A DNA stretch of 64,000 nt from Candidatus Lustribacter sp. (GCA_965277805.1 OZ255842.1:3648001-3712000), one strand, 5' to 3'; counted from the first letter of the stretch, positions 1 through 10,999 are shown. Notes: generated by a model not told the origin, from the sequence alone. Numbers and translations are program-made.

Positions 1-22
1 CACCGACAACCATCAGACGCAT
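1..22 (-). CDS. 5' fragment of a downstream gene, possibly 3-hydroxyacyl-CoA dehydrogenase (runs off the window)
   Basis: Reverse complement of 1-22 reads ATG CGT CTG ATG GTT GTC GGT (MRLMVVG), like the first beta-strand of a Rossmann fold, 3 nt after the thiolase stop. Product guessed from context only. Confidence 0.3.
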
Positions 23-25
23 GGA

Positions 26-1345
26 TTATCCGACGCGTACCAGGATCGCGTCACCTTGGCCGCCACCGCTGCAGATCGCGGCGATGCCGAGGCCGCCGCC
101 GCGCCGGCGCAGCTGGTGAATGACCGACGCGGTCACTCGCGCGCCCGACGCGCCGAGCGGATGACCGAACGCGACCGCGCCGCCTTGCACGTTGATCGTG
201 GTCGGATCGAGACCGAGGCGTCCCGCCGCCGTGAGCGCGACCGCGGCGAAGGCTTCGTTGAATTCCCACACCGCGATGTCGGAGGTCTTGAGCTTCATGC
301 GATCGAGCAGTTTCTGCGTGGCCATCGCGGGCGTCAGTGCGAGATACGGCGGATCCCACGCGGCGCCGGCGTGCCCTTCGATCGAACCGAGCACTTCGAC
401 CCCGTTGCGCTTGGCATAGTCGGCGCTCGCGAGCACGAGCGCTGCGGCGCCGTCGTTCACGCCGGGCGCGTTGCCGGCCGTCACGGTACCGTCTTTATCG
501 AGCGGCTTGAGTTTCGCCATCGCTTCGATCGACGCGTCGGCACGCACCGGTTCGTCGCGATCGACGAGGGTCGCCGGCACGTCGCCGGTGACGTACGCGC
601 TGTACTTCTTCGGATCGGCGACCATCGCCGAGGGATGTCCCCAGACGGAGCCATTGCCGCCCGCGGCAACCGGCACGCGCTCGCGCGCCGGGATCGGAAG
701 TTCGTCGACGACGATCTTGCCCTTCGCCTTCGTCGCTACGCGAATCGGCGCAATTTCAGCGGCCAGATATCCGGCTTCGTGCGCGGCATGCGCGCGCGCA
801 TGCGACTGGTACGCGAACTGATCTTGCACTTCGCGCGTCAGGCCGAGTTCGGCCGCGACCTTGGCCGCTTGCGACGCCATCGCCTCATCGAAGTAGTAGT
901 CGAGCAGCCCGTCGTTGATCATGAGATCGACCAGCTCGCCGTTGCCGAAGCGGTACCCCGACCGCGCGTTGGGCAGCAAGTAGGGCGCGTTGGACATCGA
1001 TTCCATGCCGCCGGCGACCACCACATCGTGCTCGTTGCCGTCGATCAGCCGCATGCCCATTGCGACCGCGACCATGCCCGACGCGCAGACCTTGTTGATC
1101 GTCTCGGCGGTGGTCGTTTTGGCCAGGCCGGCCTTGAACATCGCCTGGCGGGCAGGAGCCTGGCCGGCGCCCCCTTGGAGCACCTGGCCCATGATCACGT
1201 GCTCGATCTCGGCCGGATCGATGCCGGCCCGCGCTACGGCGTTGCGGATTGCATCGCCGCCGAGCGTCGTGGCGGAGAGGGACGACAGCGCGCCACCGAG
1301 GCGGCCGAACGGGGTACGGGCGGTAGCGAGAACGACGGTCGGCAT
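26..1345 (-). CDS. Acetyl-CoA C-acetyltransferase (thiolase)
   Basis: ARTPFG N-terminus, INKVCASG catalytic Cys, NEAF, GHPLGASG and ICSGGGQG motifs; AAGGAG SD upstream. Confidence 0.95.
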   Translation of the reverse strand: MPTVVLATARTPFGRLGGALSSLSATTLGGDAIRNAVARAGIDPAEIEHVIMGQVLQGGAGQAPARQAMFKAGLAKTTTAETINKVCASGMVAVAMGMRLIDGNEHDVVVAGGMESMSNAPYLLPNARSGYRFGNGELVDLMINDGLLDYYFDEAMASQAAKVAAELGLTREVQDQFAYQSHARAHAAHEAGYLAAEIAPIRVATKAKGKIVVDELPIPARERVPVAAGGNGSVWGHPSAMVADPKKYSAYVTGDVPATLVDRDEPVRADASIEAMAKLKPLDKDGTVTAGNAPGVNDGAAALVLASADYAKRNGVEVLGSIEGHAGAAWDPPYLALTPAMATQKLLDRMKLKTSDIAVWEFNEAFAAVALTAAGRLGLDPTTINVQGGAVAFGHPLGASGARVTASVIHQLRRRGGGLGIAAICSGGGQGDAILVRVG

Positions 1346-1374
1346 AGGGCGCTCCTTACTTTTTTTGGGGAGCG

Positions 1375-2331
1375 TTACGTTCCGGACGTGGAAACGGGCT
1401 CCCTCGCATGCGGGTCAACTTGGGTGCAGACCACGCGGTCGTCCTCGGCGCACGATTCGCATTCGAACTGGACGGTCACGTGGGCGATCCCGTAAGCGTC
1501 GTGCATGGCCGTGGTGATCCGGTTGAGGACGGCCGTCGCCTCGCTCAGCCGGCGGTCGTCGAGCACGACGTGCGCCGAGAGCGCATGCGAGCCCGTGCCG
1601 ATCGTCCAGACGTGCAGGTCGTGCACCGCGACGACGCCGTCGCACGTTTCGATCGTTGCACGCACGAGCGGCAGGCGCGCGTGATCGGGGACCGACTCCA
1701 ACAACACGTGCATCGCCTGGCGCGCGACGTTGATGATGCCGGCAAGGATGATCGCCGCAACGAAGAGCGAGAGCGCGGGATCGATCCAGCTCATCCCCGT
1801 GGCGAGGATCACGAACCCGCCGGCAACGACCGCGATCGCGCCGAGCGCATCGCCGCCGACGTGCAAAAGCGCCGCGCGCATGTTGAGCGATTGTTTGTTC
1901 GCGCGCAGCAGCATCAGGCCGATCCCAAGATTTACCACGAAACCGATCGACGCGATCTCCGCCATCAGCATGCCTTCGGGCAACTGCGGCTGCACGAAGC
2001 GCTTGATCGCCTCGACGGCGATCAGCACGGTCACCGCGAGCAAGAGCGCGCTGTTGCCGAGCCCCGCCAGAATCTCGAGCCGCGCAAAGCCGAACGTCTG
2101 GCGCTCGTTCGCCGGCCGCGTCGACTGAATGCTCGCGGCGAGCGCGATCGCGAGCGCGACGACGTCCATCGTGACGTGCGCCGCGTCGGAGAGCAGCGCT
2201 AGCGAATGCGCTGCAAAGCCGCCGGCCGCTTCCAGGATCGCGACGGCTGCCGTCGCGACGAGGGCAATCTTCAGTTGGCCACTACCAGCTGCACCATGAT
2301 CGTCGTGCGCGTGGTCGTGGTGGCCGCTCAT
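1375..2331 (-). CDS. Cation diffusion facilitator (CzcD/ZitB-like Zn/Co/Cd efflux)
   Basis: His-rich N-terminus, SLALLSDAAH, TFGFARLE, HVGGD and HDLHVW motifs. Start moved to ATG 2331, which gives an ATGA overlap with the upstream stop. Confidence 0.92.
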   Translation of the reverse strand: MSGHHDHAHDDHGAAGSGQLKIALVATAAVAILEAAGGFAAHSLALLSDAAHVTMDVVALAIALAASIQSTRPANERQTFGFARLEILAGLGNSALLLAVTVLIAVEAIKRFVQPQLPEGMLMAEIASIGFVVNLGIGLMLLRANKQSLNMRAALLHVGGDALGAIAVVAGGFVILATGMSWIDPALSLFVAAIILAGIINVARQAMHVLLESVPDHARLPLVRATIETCDGVVAVHDLHVWTIGTGSHALSAHVVLDDRRLSEATAVLNRITTAMHDAYGIAHVTVQFECESCAEDDRVVCTQVDPHAREPVSTSGT

Positions 2332-2921
2332 TTTTTCCATGCCTTGACAGCGAGCGCGACGCACATCGCGCCGAACGTCAGGAAGGTGCGCGACTCGGCA
2401 CTCCCGATCACCGCCGGGTCGTATTCGCCCTGCCGGCTGCCGCCTGGCGACGTCCGCGGCAGGACGCGCGGCACGGCGGCGACGTATTCGTCGAACTCGG
2501 CACCGAAGGTCGAGCGCAGGTACCGCTCTTCGTGCGGCACGACCACGCTGTACACGCCGAGCATCGCACCGAGCGCACCGGTGACGAGCGCCGCGCGCAC
2601 GGCAGCGCTGTTCGCGCCGGTGAACGCGATCGCAAAGCCGGCCGCCGTGATGAAGTTGCCGACGTAGAGCGGATTACGAACGTACGCGTACGGTCCGTTC
2701 GTGACGAGCGCCGGCGCGGTGACGGCATCGCCGCGCGTCGTCACGCCGGAATAGCCGACGGCCCACGCGCGCACGGCTTCGCCGGCGAACGCGAGCGGCA
2801 GCCCGACGGCGATAGAAAATGCGCTCGGACGTCCGAACGCGGCAAGCACGACCGCCGGAACGGCCAGCAATTCTCCGCGGCGCGCGAAGACGAACGTGTC
2901 GATATCGCCGCCTTCGCTCAC
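2328..2921 (-). CDS. Isoprenylcysteine carboxyl methyltransferase / PEMT-family membrane methyltransferase
   Basis: LVTNGPYAYVRNPLYVG and EERYL..FG.EF.EY...VPR motifs; hydrophobic segments. Confidence 0.85.
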   Translation of the reverse strand: MSEGGDIDTFVFARRGELLAVPAVVLAAFGRPSAFSIAVGLPLAFAGEAVRAWAVGYSGVTTRGDAVTAPALVTNGPYAYVRNPLYVGNFITAAGFAIAFTGANSAAVRAALVTGALGAMLGVYSVVVPHEERYLRSTFGAEFDEYVAAVPRVLPRTSPGGSRQGEYDPAVIGSAESRTFLTFGAMCVALAVKAWKK

Positions 2922-3838
2922 GAACGAGCCGCCTGGTAGATGTCGCGCAACGATTCCGTCAGCGTGAACCGCGGCTCCCAGCCCAGTTCGGCGCGCAGTT
3001 TCGTCGAGTCACCGCTGAGCAGCGGCAATTCGGACGCGCGCATACGTTCCGAGTCCTCGCGAATCTCAACCGGAACCCGGGCGATGGTGATCAACTGCCG
3101 CAGTACCTCTCGAATGGCGACCGGATGGCCGCTACTAATGTTAAACACTTCGCCCGAACGTCCGTTTGCAAGCAACAGCACGTAGGCCGCGACGACGTCG
3201 CGCACGTCGAGGAAATCACGCTGTGCCTCGAGGTTGCCGACCTGCAGCAACGGCGGCGCGCCGGCCGCGATATCTGCCAATTGCCTGGCAAATGACGCCA
3301 CGACGAAACGCGGATCTTGCCCGGGACCGATATGGTTGAACGGCCGCGCTACGATGGAATCGAGGTCGTATGAGCGATGCCAGGCGAGTGCATAGGCTTC
3401 GGCCGCAACTTTGCTGGCAGCGTACGCATTTCCGGGCCGCAGCACGGTTGTTTCATCGAGCGGCATCCGCTCAGGCCGCTGGATACCATACACTTCGGCG
3501 CTGCTCACGACGAGCACGCGCAACGGCGCCTTGACTCGATCGCGATACGCACGCGCGGCTTCGAGGACATGCGCGGTTCCGGTCGCGTTGACCGCGAGCG
3601 TCGCCAACGGATCGGCAACGCTTTGCGGTACGAATGCTTGGCCGGCCAGATTGACGATCGCATCCGGCGCAGCCGCATCGACCGCAGCGCGCACCGCCGC
3701 CGCATCGAGGATATCGAACGTCAGCGGCGGCGCATCGTGCGGACCGCCGGCGGGAATCGGTTCGTGGCCCGCAGCACGCAACGCCTCGACCAGATGCCGG
3801 CCGACGAAACCTGTCGCACCGGTAACGAGGACACGCAT
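2918..3838 (-). CDS. rmd: GDP-4-dehydro-6-deoxy-D-mannose reductase (GDP-D-rhamnose synthesis)
   Basis: Extended SDR: GATGFVG, LAGQAFVPQS, YAASK, RPFNHIGPGQ, GNLEAQRDFLDVRD; directly downstream of gmd. Confidence 0.82.
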   Translation of the reverse strand: MRVLVTGATGFVGRHLVEALRAAGHEPIPAGGPHDAPPLTFDILDAAAVRAAVDAAAPDAIVNLAGQAFVPQSVADPLATLAVNATGTAHVLEAARAYRDRVKAPLRVLVVSSAEVYGIQRPERMPLDETTVLRPGNAYAASKVAAEAYALAWHRSYDLDSIVARPFNHIGPGQDPRFVVASFARQLADIAAGAPPLLQVGNLEAQRDFLDVRDVVAAYVLLLANGRSGEVFNISSGHPVAIREVLRQLITIARVPVEIREDSERMRASELPLLSGDSTKLRAELGWEPRFTLTESLRDIYQAARS

Positions 3839-3841
3839 GAG

Positions 3842-5529
<1,688 letters not shown>

Positions 5530-5567
5530 TATCTCATAGGTTTCCCGGCGGGCGAATAAGTTCCGGC

Positions 5568-6989
5568 CTAGAGGTCGGCTAGTTGCGAGCAGAAGGCCGC
5601 GCGGACGGCGGCCAGATCGGCATCACTGCCGATCCAGTCATCGATGCTCAAGGCGAAGATCAGCGTCCCGTGGGTTCGCGTGATCACGTAGCCGGCGAGA
5701 CCGCGCACATGCGACATCGAGCCCGTCTTGGCAATGACGTGGCCTTCCGCGGGCGTCCCGCGCATCGCGCCGCGCAGGTCGCCGCGCACACCGGCCATCG
5801 GCAGCGCGTTGAGGACGGTTTGACGATTCGGACCGTGCCAGTCGTGGCTGAGGATCGCGACGAGCGCGCGCGGCGTGAGACGGTTGTACTGCGAGAGACC
5901 GCTGCCGTCGGCGAGCGTTAGCGTGGCCGGATCGACGCCGATGCCGCGCAACCACGTCCGCTCGAGCGCGTGGCCGCCTTCGAGCGTCCCGGCATGCGCG
6001 TTCGCCGCGACGTCGACTTCGCGCAACAATTCTTCAGCGATGAGGTTGTCTGACGGCAGCCACATGTCGGCGAGCAGCGCGGCGAGCGGCTCGCCGTCGT
6101 GACGCCACACTACCGTTGGGGCTGCCGGCGCCGGCGTGAACGGCGCGTCGACGACATCGGGGATCGGGCCGGGCCATGACATTGACGGTTCGACCGTCAC
6201 GCCGCGGCGCTGCAGCGCATCCGCGAAGTAGCGCAGCGCGAGCACTTCGGGCTGATCGACCGCAGCGTCGACGTGCGAGGGAGCGCCGAGCGGCGCCTCG
6301 CCGGTGATGACGACGTCGCCGCACGGGCCGGCGTGCACGTCCGTCGTGTCGGCGCGGCCTTGCGCGACCGTTCGCGCGGCCATCGTGAACGCCAGCAGCG
6401 TCGGTCCCGGACGGCACGGCACCGTCGTCGCATCGATCGGCACGAACGGCACCGGCAGCTGCAACACCGGCGGCGCGCCGATTGCGGCGCCCGGCGCGAG
6501 CGTGAGCGCGAGAACGTTCTCTTCGAACGGTAACCCGTTCACCACGGGCGCGTAATCTTGCAGCACGTCGTCGACCGACCAGCCCGGCGCGCGACGTTCG
6601 GCCGGCGTCACGTGCGACTCATCGAGCACCACGTGCGCGCTGACGATGCCGGCGCGTTGCACGGCATCGGCTGCCGCATCGAGATCGACGCGGTGCAGCA
6701 GCGGATCGCCGCCGCCATGGAGCACGAGCGTATCGCCGTCGCCGTGCGCGAGGACGGTCGCAAAGCGATAAGCGGGACCGAGCCGTTCGAGCGCGACGCT
6801 GCCGACGAGCAGCTTCATCGTCGACGCGGGCTGGATCGTGTCGTCGGCGTCGTGGCTGTAGAGCGTTTGGCCGTCGCTGGCCGTTACGAGCGTCGCAACG
6901 TGCGCGGCGTGCAGCGTCGGAGCAGCGAGGATGTGGTCGAGGGCGGCCGTCAAACCGAGGCCGGCTGCGACTGCAACGGCTACGAGCAA
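5568..6989 (-). CDS. dacB: D-alanyl-D-alanine carboxypeptidase/endopeptidase (peptidase S13, PBP4)
   Basis: PASTMK (SxxK), GGGDP, SDN, DGSGLS and AKTG motifs; signal-peptide-like N-terminus. Exact start uncertain. Confidence 0.92.
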   Translation of the reverse strand: MLVAVAVAAGLGLTAALDHILAAPTLHAAHVATLVTASDGQTLYSHDADDTIQPASTMKLLVGSVALERLGPAYRFATVLAHGDGDTLVLHGGGDPLLHRVDLDAAADAVQRAGIVSAHVVLDESHVTPAERRAPGWSVDDVLQDYAPVVNGLPFEENVLALTLAPGAAIGAPPVLQLPVPFVPIDATTVPCRPGPTLLAFTMAARTVAQGRADTTDVHAGPCGDVVITGEAPLGAPSHVDAAVDQPEVLALRYFADALQRRGVTVEPSMSWPGPIPDVVDAPFTPAPAAPTVVWRHDGEPLAALLADMWLPSDNLIAEELLREVDVAANAHAGTLEGGHALERTWLRGIGVDPATLTLADGSGLSQYNRLTPRALVAILSHDWHGPNRQTVLNALPMAGVRGDLRGAMRGTPAEGHVIAKTGSMSHVRGLAGYVITRTHGTLIFALSIDDWIGSDADLAAVRAAFCSQLADL

Positions 6990-7837
6990 CGCGCCTCGAT
7001 GAATTCATCGAGCGCCGTCTGCCAGCGCGGCAGCGGCGGGAGTCCCAACGCGGCAAACGTCGTGTTATCGAGCGCCGAATACATCGGCCGCTGCACGGGA
7101 TTGTTGAACGATGCGTAGGGGACGGGCTCGATTTCCGCATCGCCCAAGCCCGCCTTGACAAACGCCGCTTGCACGAACTCGAACCACGTGCACGCCCCGG
7201 CGTTCGTGACGTGATGTATTCCATACGCTTGCGCATCGATCAAACCGTGGATCGCGCGCGCAACGTGCGGTGCGTACGATGGCGAGAACGTCATGTCGGC
7301 GACCATACGCGTCGGCTCGCCGCGTTCGGCTTGGCCCAGCACCTTGTTGATGAGCGTGTAGCCCTTGCTCGACGTACCGGTCGTGCCGAAGACGCCGCTC
7401 GTGCGAATGACGTAGTGCTTGGGCCCGCTGCGACGGGTGAGCAACTCGCCGCCGAGTTTCGAGACGCCGTACGCGGTGCGCGGACCGGTGGCATCGGATT
7501 CGCGATACGGTCGCGGCGCGGTCCCTTCGAACACGTAGTCGGTGCTGATCGTCATGAAGGGGACGTCGCGTTGCGCGCACGCGCGGGCAAAGCCGTCGAC
7601 GGCCAGCGTATTCGCGGCAAACGCTTTATCCGGTTCGCGTTCGCACAGATCGACGTTGTGAAACGCCGCGCAGTTGATGGCGATATCGTACTTCGCGCCA
7701 TCGAGCAAGGCTGCCGGATCGTCGGAAACGAGATCGAATGCAACGTGCGCCGGCGCAGAGATCTCCGCGCCGGACAATTCCGCCCGCAGCGCGGTTCCCA
7801 GCTGCCCCGACCCGCCGATGAGCAGGATCCGTTTCAT
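6980..7837 (-). CDS. rfbD: dTDP-4-dehydrorhamnose reductase
   Basis: GGSGQLG, NCAA..NVDLCE, ISTDYVF and YGVSK motifs; start taken at ATG 7837. Confidence 0.93.
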   Translation of the reverse strand: MKRILLIGGSGQLGTALRAELSGAEISAPAHVAFDLVSDDPAALLDGAKYDIAINCAAFHNVDLCEREPDKAFAANTLAVDGFARACAQRDVPFMTISTDYVFEGTAPRPYRESDATGPRTAYGVSKLGGELLTRRSGPKHYVIRTSGVFGTTGTSSKGYTLINKVLGQAERGEPTRMVADMTFSPSYAPHVARAIHGLIDAQAYGIHHVTNAGACTWFEFVQAAFVKAGLGDAEIEPVPYASFNNPVQRPMYSALDNTTFAALGLPPLPRWQTALDEFIEARCS

Positions 7838-7845
7838 CACGGCGG

Positions 7846-7873
7846 AGGTTCGCTCGAACGGCGAGGCCAACCC
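7846..7873. promoter_or_regulatory. Overlapping divergent promoter-like motifs for rfbC (+) and rfbD (-)
   Basis: Plus strand: AGG(7846-48)-N18-CCAA(7867-70), 11 nt before ATG 7882. Minus strand: GGG(7873-71)-N18-CGAA(7852-49), 11 nt before ATG 7837. Confidence 0.5.
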
Positions 7874-7881
7874 CCGGCGCA

Positions 7882-8406
7882 ATGGCGCTCCAAGTACGCG
7901 ACCTGACGATCGCCGGTGCCCGCGTATTCACCCCCGATGTGTTCCGGGACGAACGCGGATATTTCAAAGAAATTTACACAACCTCGAAATACCGGTCGCT
8001 CGGCATTCCCGACGAGTTCGTTCAGGACAGCGTCTCGTTTTCCACCAAGAACGTGCTACGCGGTTTGCACGGCGATCCGGAGATGAGCAAACTCGTGACC
8101 GTGCTCGCCGGCAAGGTGTGGGACGTCATCGTCGACGTGCGCAAAGACTCACCCACCTATAAGAAGTGGGAAGGCCTCGAACTGAGCGGCGACAACCACG
8201 CGCAACTCTACATCCCGAAGGGCTGCGCGCACGGATTCCTCACGCTCACCGATAACGTCGTCTTCGCCTACAAACACGGCGCGCTGTACGACCCGCAACG
8301 CGAGTTCGCATACCGGTGGAACGACCCGGCGTTCGCAATCACGTGGCCGCTCACCGGCGACCCGATCCTCTCCCCCAAAGACCGCGCAGCGCCGCTCTTC
8401 GAGTAG
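7882..8406 (+). CDS. rfbC: dTDP-4-dehydrorhamnose 3,5-epimerase
   Basis: DERGYF, FVQD..SFS, VLRGLH, DVIVDVRKDSPTY and IPKGCAHGF motifs. Confidence 0.96.
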   Translation: MALQVRDLTIAGARVFTPDVFRDERGYFKEIYTTSKYRSLGIPDEFVQDSVSFSTKNVLRGLHGDPEMSKLVTVLAGKVWDVIVDVRKDSPTYKKWEGLELSGDNHAQLYIPKGCAHGFLTLTDNVVFAYKHGALYDPQREFAYRWNDPAFAITWPLTGDPILSPKDRAAPLFE

Positions 8407-8409
8407 TCT

Positions 8410-8441
8410 TGTCATCCCGAGCTTGTCGAGGGACCGCCACC
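8410..8441 (+). repeat. REP-like palindromic repeat, copy 1 (intergenic)
   Basis: TGTCATCCCGAGC-TT-GTCGAGGGACCGCC; both arms match the minus-strand copy at 54621-54674 exactly. Confidence 0.7.
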
Positions 8442-8445
8442 AGGC

Positions 8446-8471
8446 TGGAACTTTCGCGCGCGGGCTGCGTA
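8446..8471 (+). promoter_or_regulatory. Putative autoregulated ECF sigma promoter (SigW-like)
   Basis: TGGAAC(8446-51)-N16-CGTA(8468-71) versus the Bacillus SigW consensus TGAAAC-N16-CGTA; lies directly upstream of the ECF gene. Confidence 0.6.
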
Positions 8472-8504
8472 TCTAGGATGGTGCCCACTCTCGCAGAGGG
8501 ACGG

Positions 8505-9137
8505 ATGATCATCGAAGAGGCCGCCGACGAGCAGCTCGTCGGCCAGATACTTGCCGGAGACCGGGACGCTTTCGCTCTCCTGGTCGAGCGGTATAAGCGT
8601 GGAATCGCGAATTTTATCGGCGCGGGCGTTCGCTCGTCCTCGGACGTGGCGGATCTAACCCAGGAGACGTTTCTCCGGGCCTACGCCCATTTGGGGACTT
8701 ACAACGCCGAGCTCGGCCGGTTCTCGACCTGGCTCTACCACATCGCCCGCAACGTCGTGCGGACGTTCCTCGGCCGCTCGCAGCGCCGCCCCGTGGCCGC
8801 CGAGCTCGGCGAGGACCGCACGCTCGAGAACAGCCTGCCCGACGCCTCGGCCGATGCCGACCCGATGGGCGGGGTGCTGCGCAGCGAAGCCGAGGCCGAA
8901 GTGCGCGCCGCACTGGCCGATCTGCCGGAACGCACGCGCACGGTGCTCGCGCTGCGCTACTACGACAACATGGATTACCAGTCGATCGCGACCACGATGG
9001 GTCTCTCGCTCGGCAACGTCAAGACGCTGATCCATCGCGGCAAACTCGCGCTTGCGCAGAAGTTCCGCGAACGCGAAGCCGCCGCCGTTGCGGGCGCCGG
9101 CATTATACGGGGACACGGTGATCTGCAGCTGGTGTGA
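8505..9137 (+). CDS. ECF RNA polymerase sigma factor
   Basis: DEQLV, DLTQETFLRAY, FSTWLYHIARN and region-4 IATTMGLSLGNVKTLIHRGK; alternative in-frame start at ATG 8478. Confidence 0.93.
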   Translation: MIIEEAADEQLVGQILAGDRDAFALLVERYKRGIANFIGAGVRSSSDVADLTQETFLRAYAHLGTYNAELGRFSTWLYHIARNVVRTFLGRSQRRPVAAELGEDRTLENSLPDASADADPMGGVLRSEAEAEVRAALADLPERTRTVLALRYYDNMDYQSIATTMGLSLGNVKTLIHRGKLALAQKFREREAAAVAGAGIIRGHGDLQLV

Positions 9138-9663
9138 GGAGCGCTTCGAGCGCTTCATCGACGGTGAGCTGAGCGACGGCGAACGCGCGCGTTTGCTCGC
9201 GCACGTCGACACCTGCGATGCATGCCGCGGCTTGCTGGAAGAGCTGCGCGTCGTCGATGCGCTGCTGCTGACACCGCGCACGATCGAGCTGCCGGAAAAC
9301 TTCACCTTCGCGACGATGGCCGACGTGAAGGCGCTGCCGCACCCGTGCCCGTTACGGACGCCGCTCGCCGCCACGCTGATCGCATACGTGGTCGGCGCAT
9401 GGTCACTGCTCGGCGCGGCCGCGCTCATCGCGCCGCAACACGTGATCGCTGCCTGCCAAAGCATTTTCGCCGTGGCCGGCACGGTGATGGCCGCCTTCGG
9501 CGGACTCTGGCATACGTTCGTGCACCTGGGCGATCGCAGCGGACTCGGATCCGTGACGACGCTTGCGGGCGGCGCGCTCCTGGCCGACGGCATCGTACTG
9601 CTGGCCATCGTGCTCTTGCTGCGCGCCGCACGGCCGCTCATCGCCGAGCGTTTGCGCTGGTGA
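9118..9663 (+). CDS. Zinc-binding (zf-HC2) membrane anti-sigma factor
   Basis: GTG start overlapping the sigma gene; IDGELS and HVDTCDAC (HxxxCxxC); C-terminal TM helices. Confidence 0.88.
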   Translation: MICSWCEERFERFIDGELSDGERARLLAHVDTCDACRGLLEELRVVDALLLTPRTIELPENFTFATMADVKALPHPCPLRTPLAATLIAYVVGAWSLLGAAALIAPQHVIAACQSIFAVAGTVMAAFGGLWHTFVHLGDRSGLGSVTTLAGGALLADGIVLLAIVLLLRAARPLIAERLRW

Positions 9664-10520
9664 TCGCGCGTTTGCGCCCATTGCTGCTGCTCGCGCTCGT
9701 CGTGCTCGCCTTCGCGGCGATCGCACCGCGCGCGGCGAGCGCGCACATCGACGATCACGGCAAGACGGTCTTCTTTCACAACGTCACGATCGGCTCGGAT
9801 GAAACCGTCGACGGCGACCTGACCGTGGTTTTCGGCGACGCGCACGTCGCCGGCCACGTCCGCGGTGACGTCAACACGATCTTCGGCAAGTGCTTCATCG
9901 AAGACGGCGCGCAGGTCGACGGTCAAGCCAACTGCATCACCGACGACGGTGCGCGCGCGCTCGCGCCGTGGTTCATGAACTCGGCCGCGTTCGATGCGTT
10001 CAAGAATCAGGACAAGCACCTGTTGGTGCGGTTCGGCGCGAGCGTGATCGTCCTACTCGTCTTCTTACTCTTTCCGGTGCGCATGCGTATGGCGCTCGAC
10101 CGGGTGGAACGGCACCCGGGGCTCTCGGCATTCGCCGGCATCGCCGCGGTGATGGCGTTCTTTCCGGTGGCCATCATGCTCGCGATTACGATCGTCGGCA
10201 TCCCGCTGATCGTCCTCGAATGCGCTGCGGTGTTCGTCGGGATCTGGCTCGGAACGGGCGCGATCGCGCTGCTGGTCGGCAAACGGCTGACGGAACTGAT
10301 CATGCCGTCGATCACGCCCTCGCCGCTGTGGGCCCTCATTTTGGGCCTCGTGATCGTCAGCGCCGCAGAGACGGTACCGTACATCGGCTGGGCCGTCACC
10401 GCCCTCGTGTGGCTGGTGGGCCTGGGGGCGTCGATCCTCGCGTTCTTGGGAACATCACCGATAGCAACGATGCGCCGGGTCGGGATTGGCGGGCCGCCGA
10501 TGCCCACGCGGCAAATCTAA
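9660..10520 (+). CDS. Membrane protein with an N-terminal bactofilin-like/beta-helical segment
   Basis: GTGA overlap with the anti-sigma stop; signal peptide; VDGDLTVVFGDAHVAGHVRGDV repeats followed by several TM helices. Confidence 0.65.
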   Translation: MIARLRPLLLLALVVLAFAAIAPRAASAHIDDHGKTVFFHNVTIGSDETVDGDLTVVFGDAHVAGHVRGDVNTIFGKCFIEDGAQVDGQANCITDDGARALAPWFMNSAAFDAFKNQDKHLLVRFGASVIVLLVFLLFPVRMRMALDRVERHPGLSAFAGIAAVMAFFPVAIMLAITIVGIPLIVLECAAVFVGIWLGTGAIALLVGKRLTELIMPSITPSPLWALILGLVIVSAAETVPYIGWAVTALVWLVGLGASILAFLGTSPIATMRRVGIGGPPMPTRQI

Positions 10521-10561
10521 ACGCCCCTCCGTTCCGCTACCCGTCCAAGCGAGGTCCTTCC

Positions 10562-10999
10562 GTGCCTTTCGTCGTGACCGGAATTTCCCAAGATGGTGAC
10601 ACCGCTGCCCTCGAGCAGACGCTAACGGCGGCCGGGCTGTCGCTCGAAGCGTTTGAGGTGTTAGGCCCCGAGAGCACGGGCGAATCTCACATCGGCGCCG
10701 GACTGGTCGATACGAGCATCTTGACCGGGGGCGGACTCGAAACGGGGACCGGCGTTCCCGGCCTCACCGGCAGCGGCGTTCCCGGGGTTTCCGGTGCTCC
10801 GAGCATCACCCAGATCGGCACCGAATCGCTGTGGGAACGCCTCGCGGATTTCGCGATCCCCGACGATGAAGTCGAGAATTACGCCGAAGCGTTGGAAGCC
10901 GGCCGAAGTATCGTCGCCTACCACGCTGACTCGAAGAGCGTGGCCAAGGTCGAGGGGCTGTTCAGCAGCGCCGGACTCTCGAAGATCAAGACGTTCTAG
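10562..10999 (+). CDS. Hypothetical protein (general-stress-protein-like)
   Basis: GAGG SD then GTG 10562; Gly-rich centre; C-terminal LADFAIPDDEVENYAEALEAGRSIV pattern. Confidence 0.6.
   Translation: MPFVVTGISQDGDTAALEQTLTAAGLSLEAFEVLGPESTGESHIGAGLVDTSILTGGGLETGTGVPGLTGSGVPGVSGAPSITQIGTESLWERLADFAIPDDEVENYAEALEAGRSIVAYHADSKSVAKVEGLFSSAGLSKIKTF

Noticed and set aside
9222-10561. Long upstream extensions of ORFs 9222-10520 and 9890-10999
   Set aside because: They overlap real genes in other frames; GTG starts at 9660 (coupled) and 10562 (with SD) fit better.
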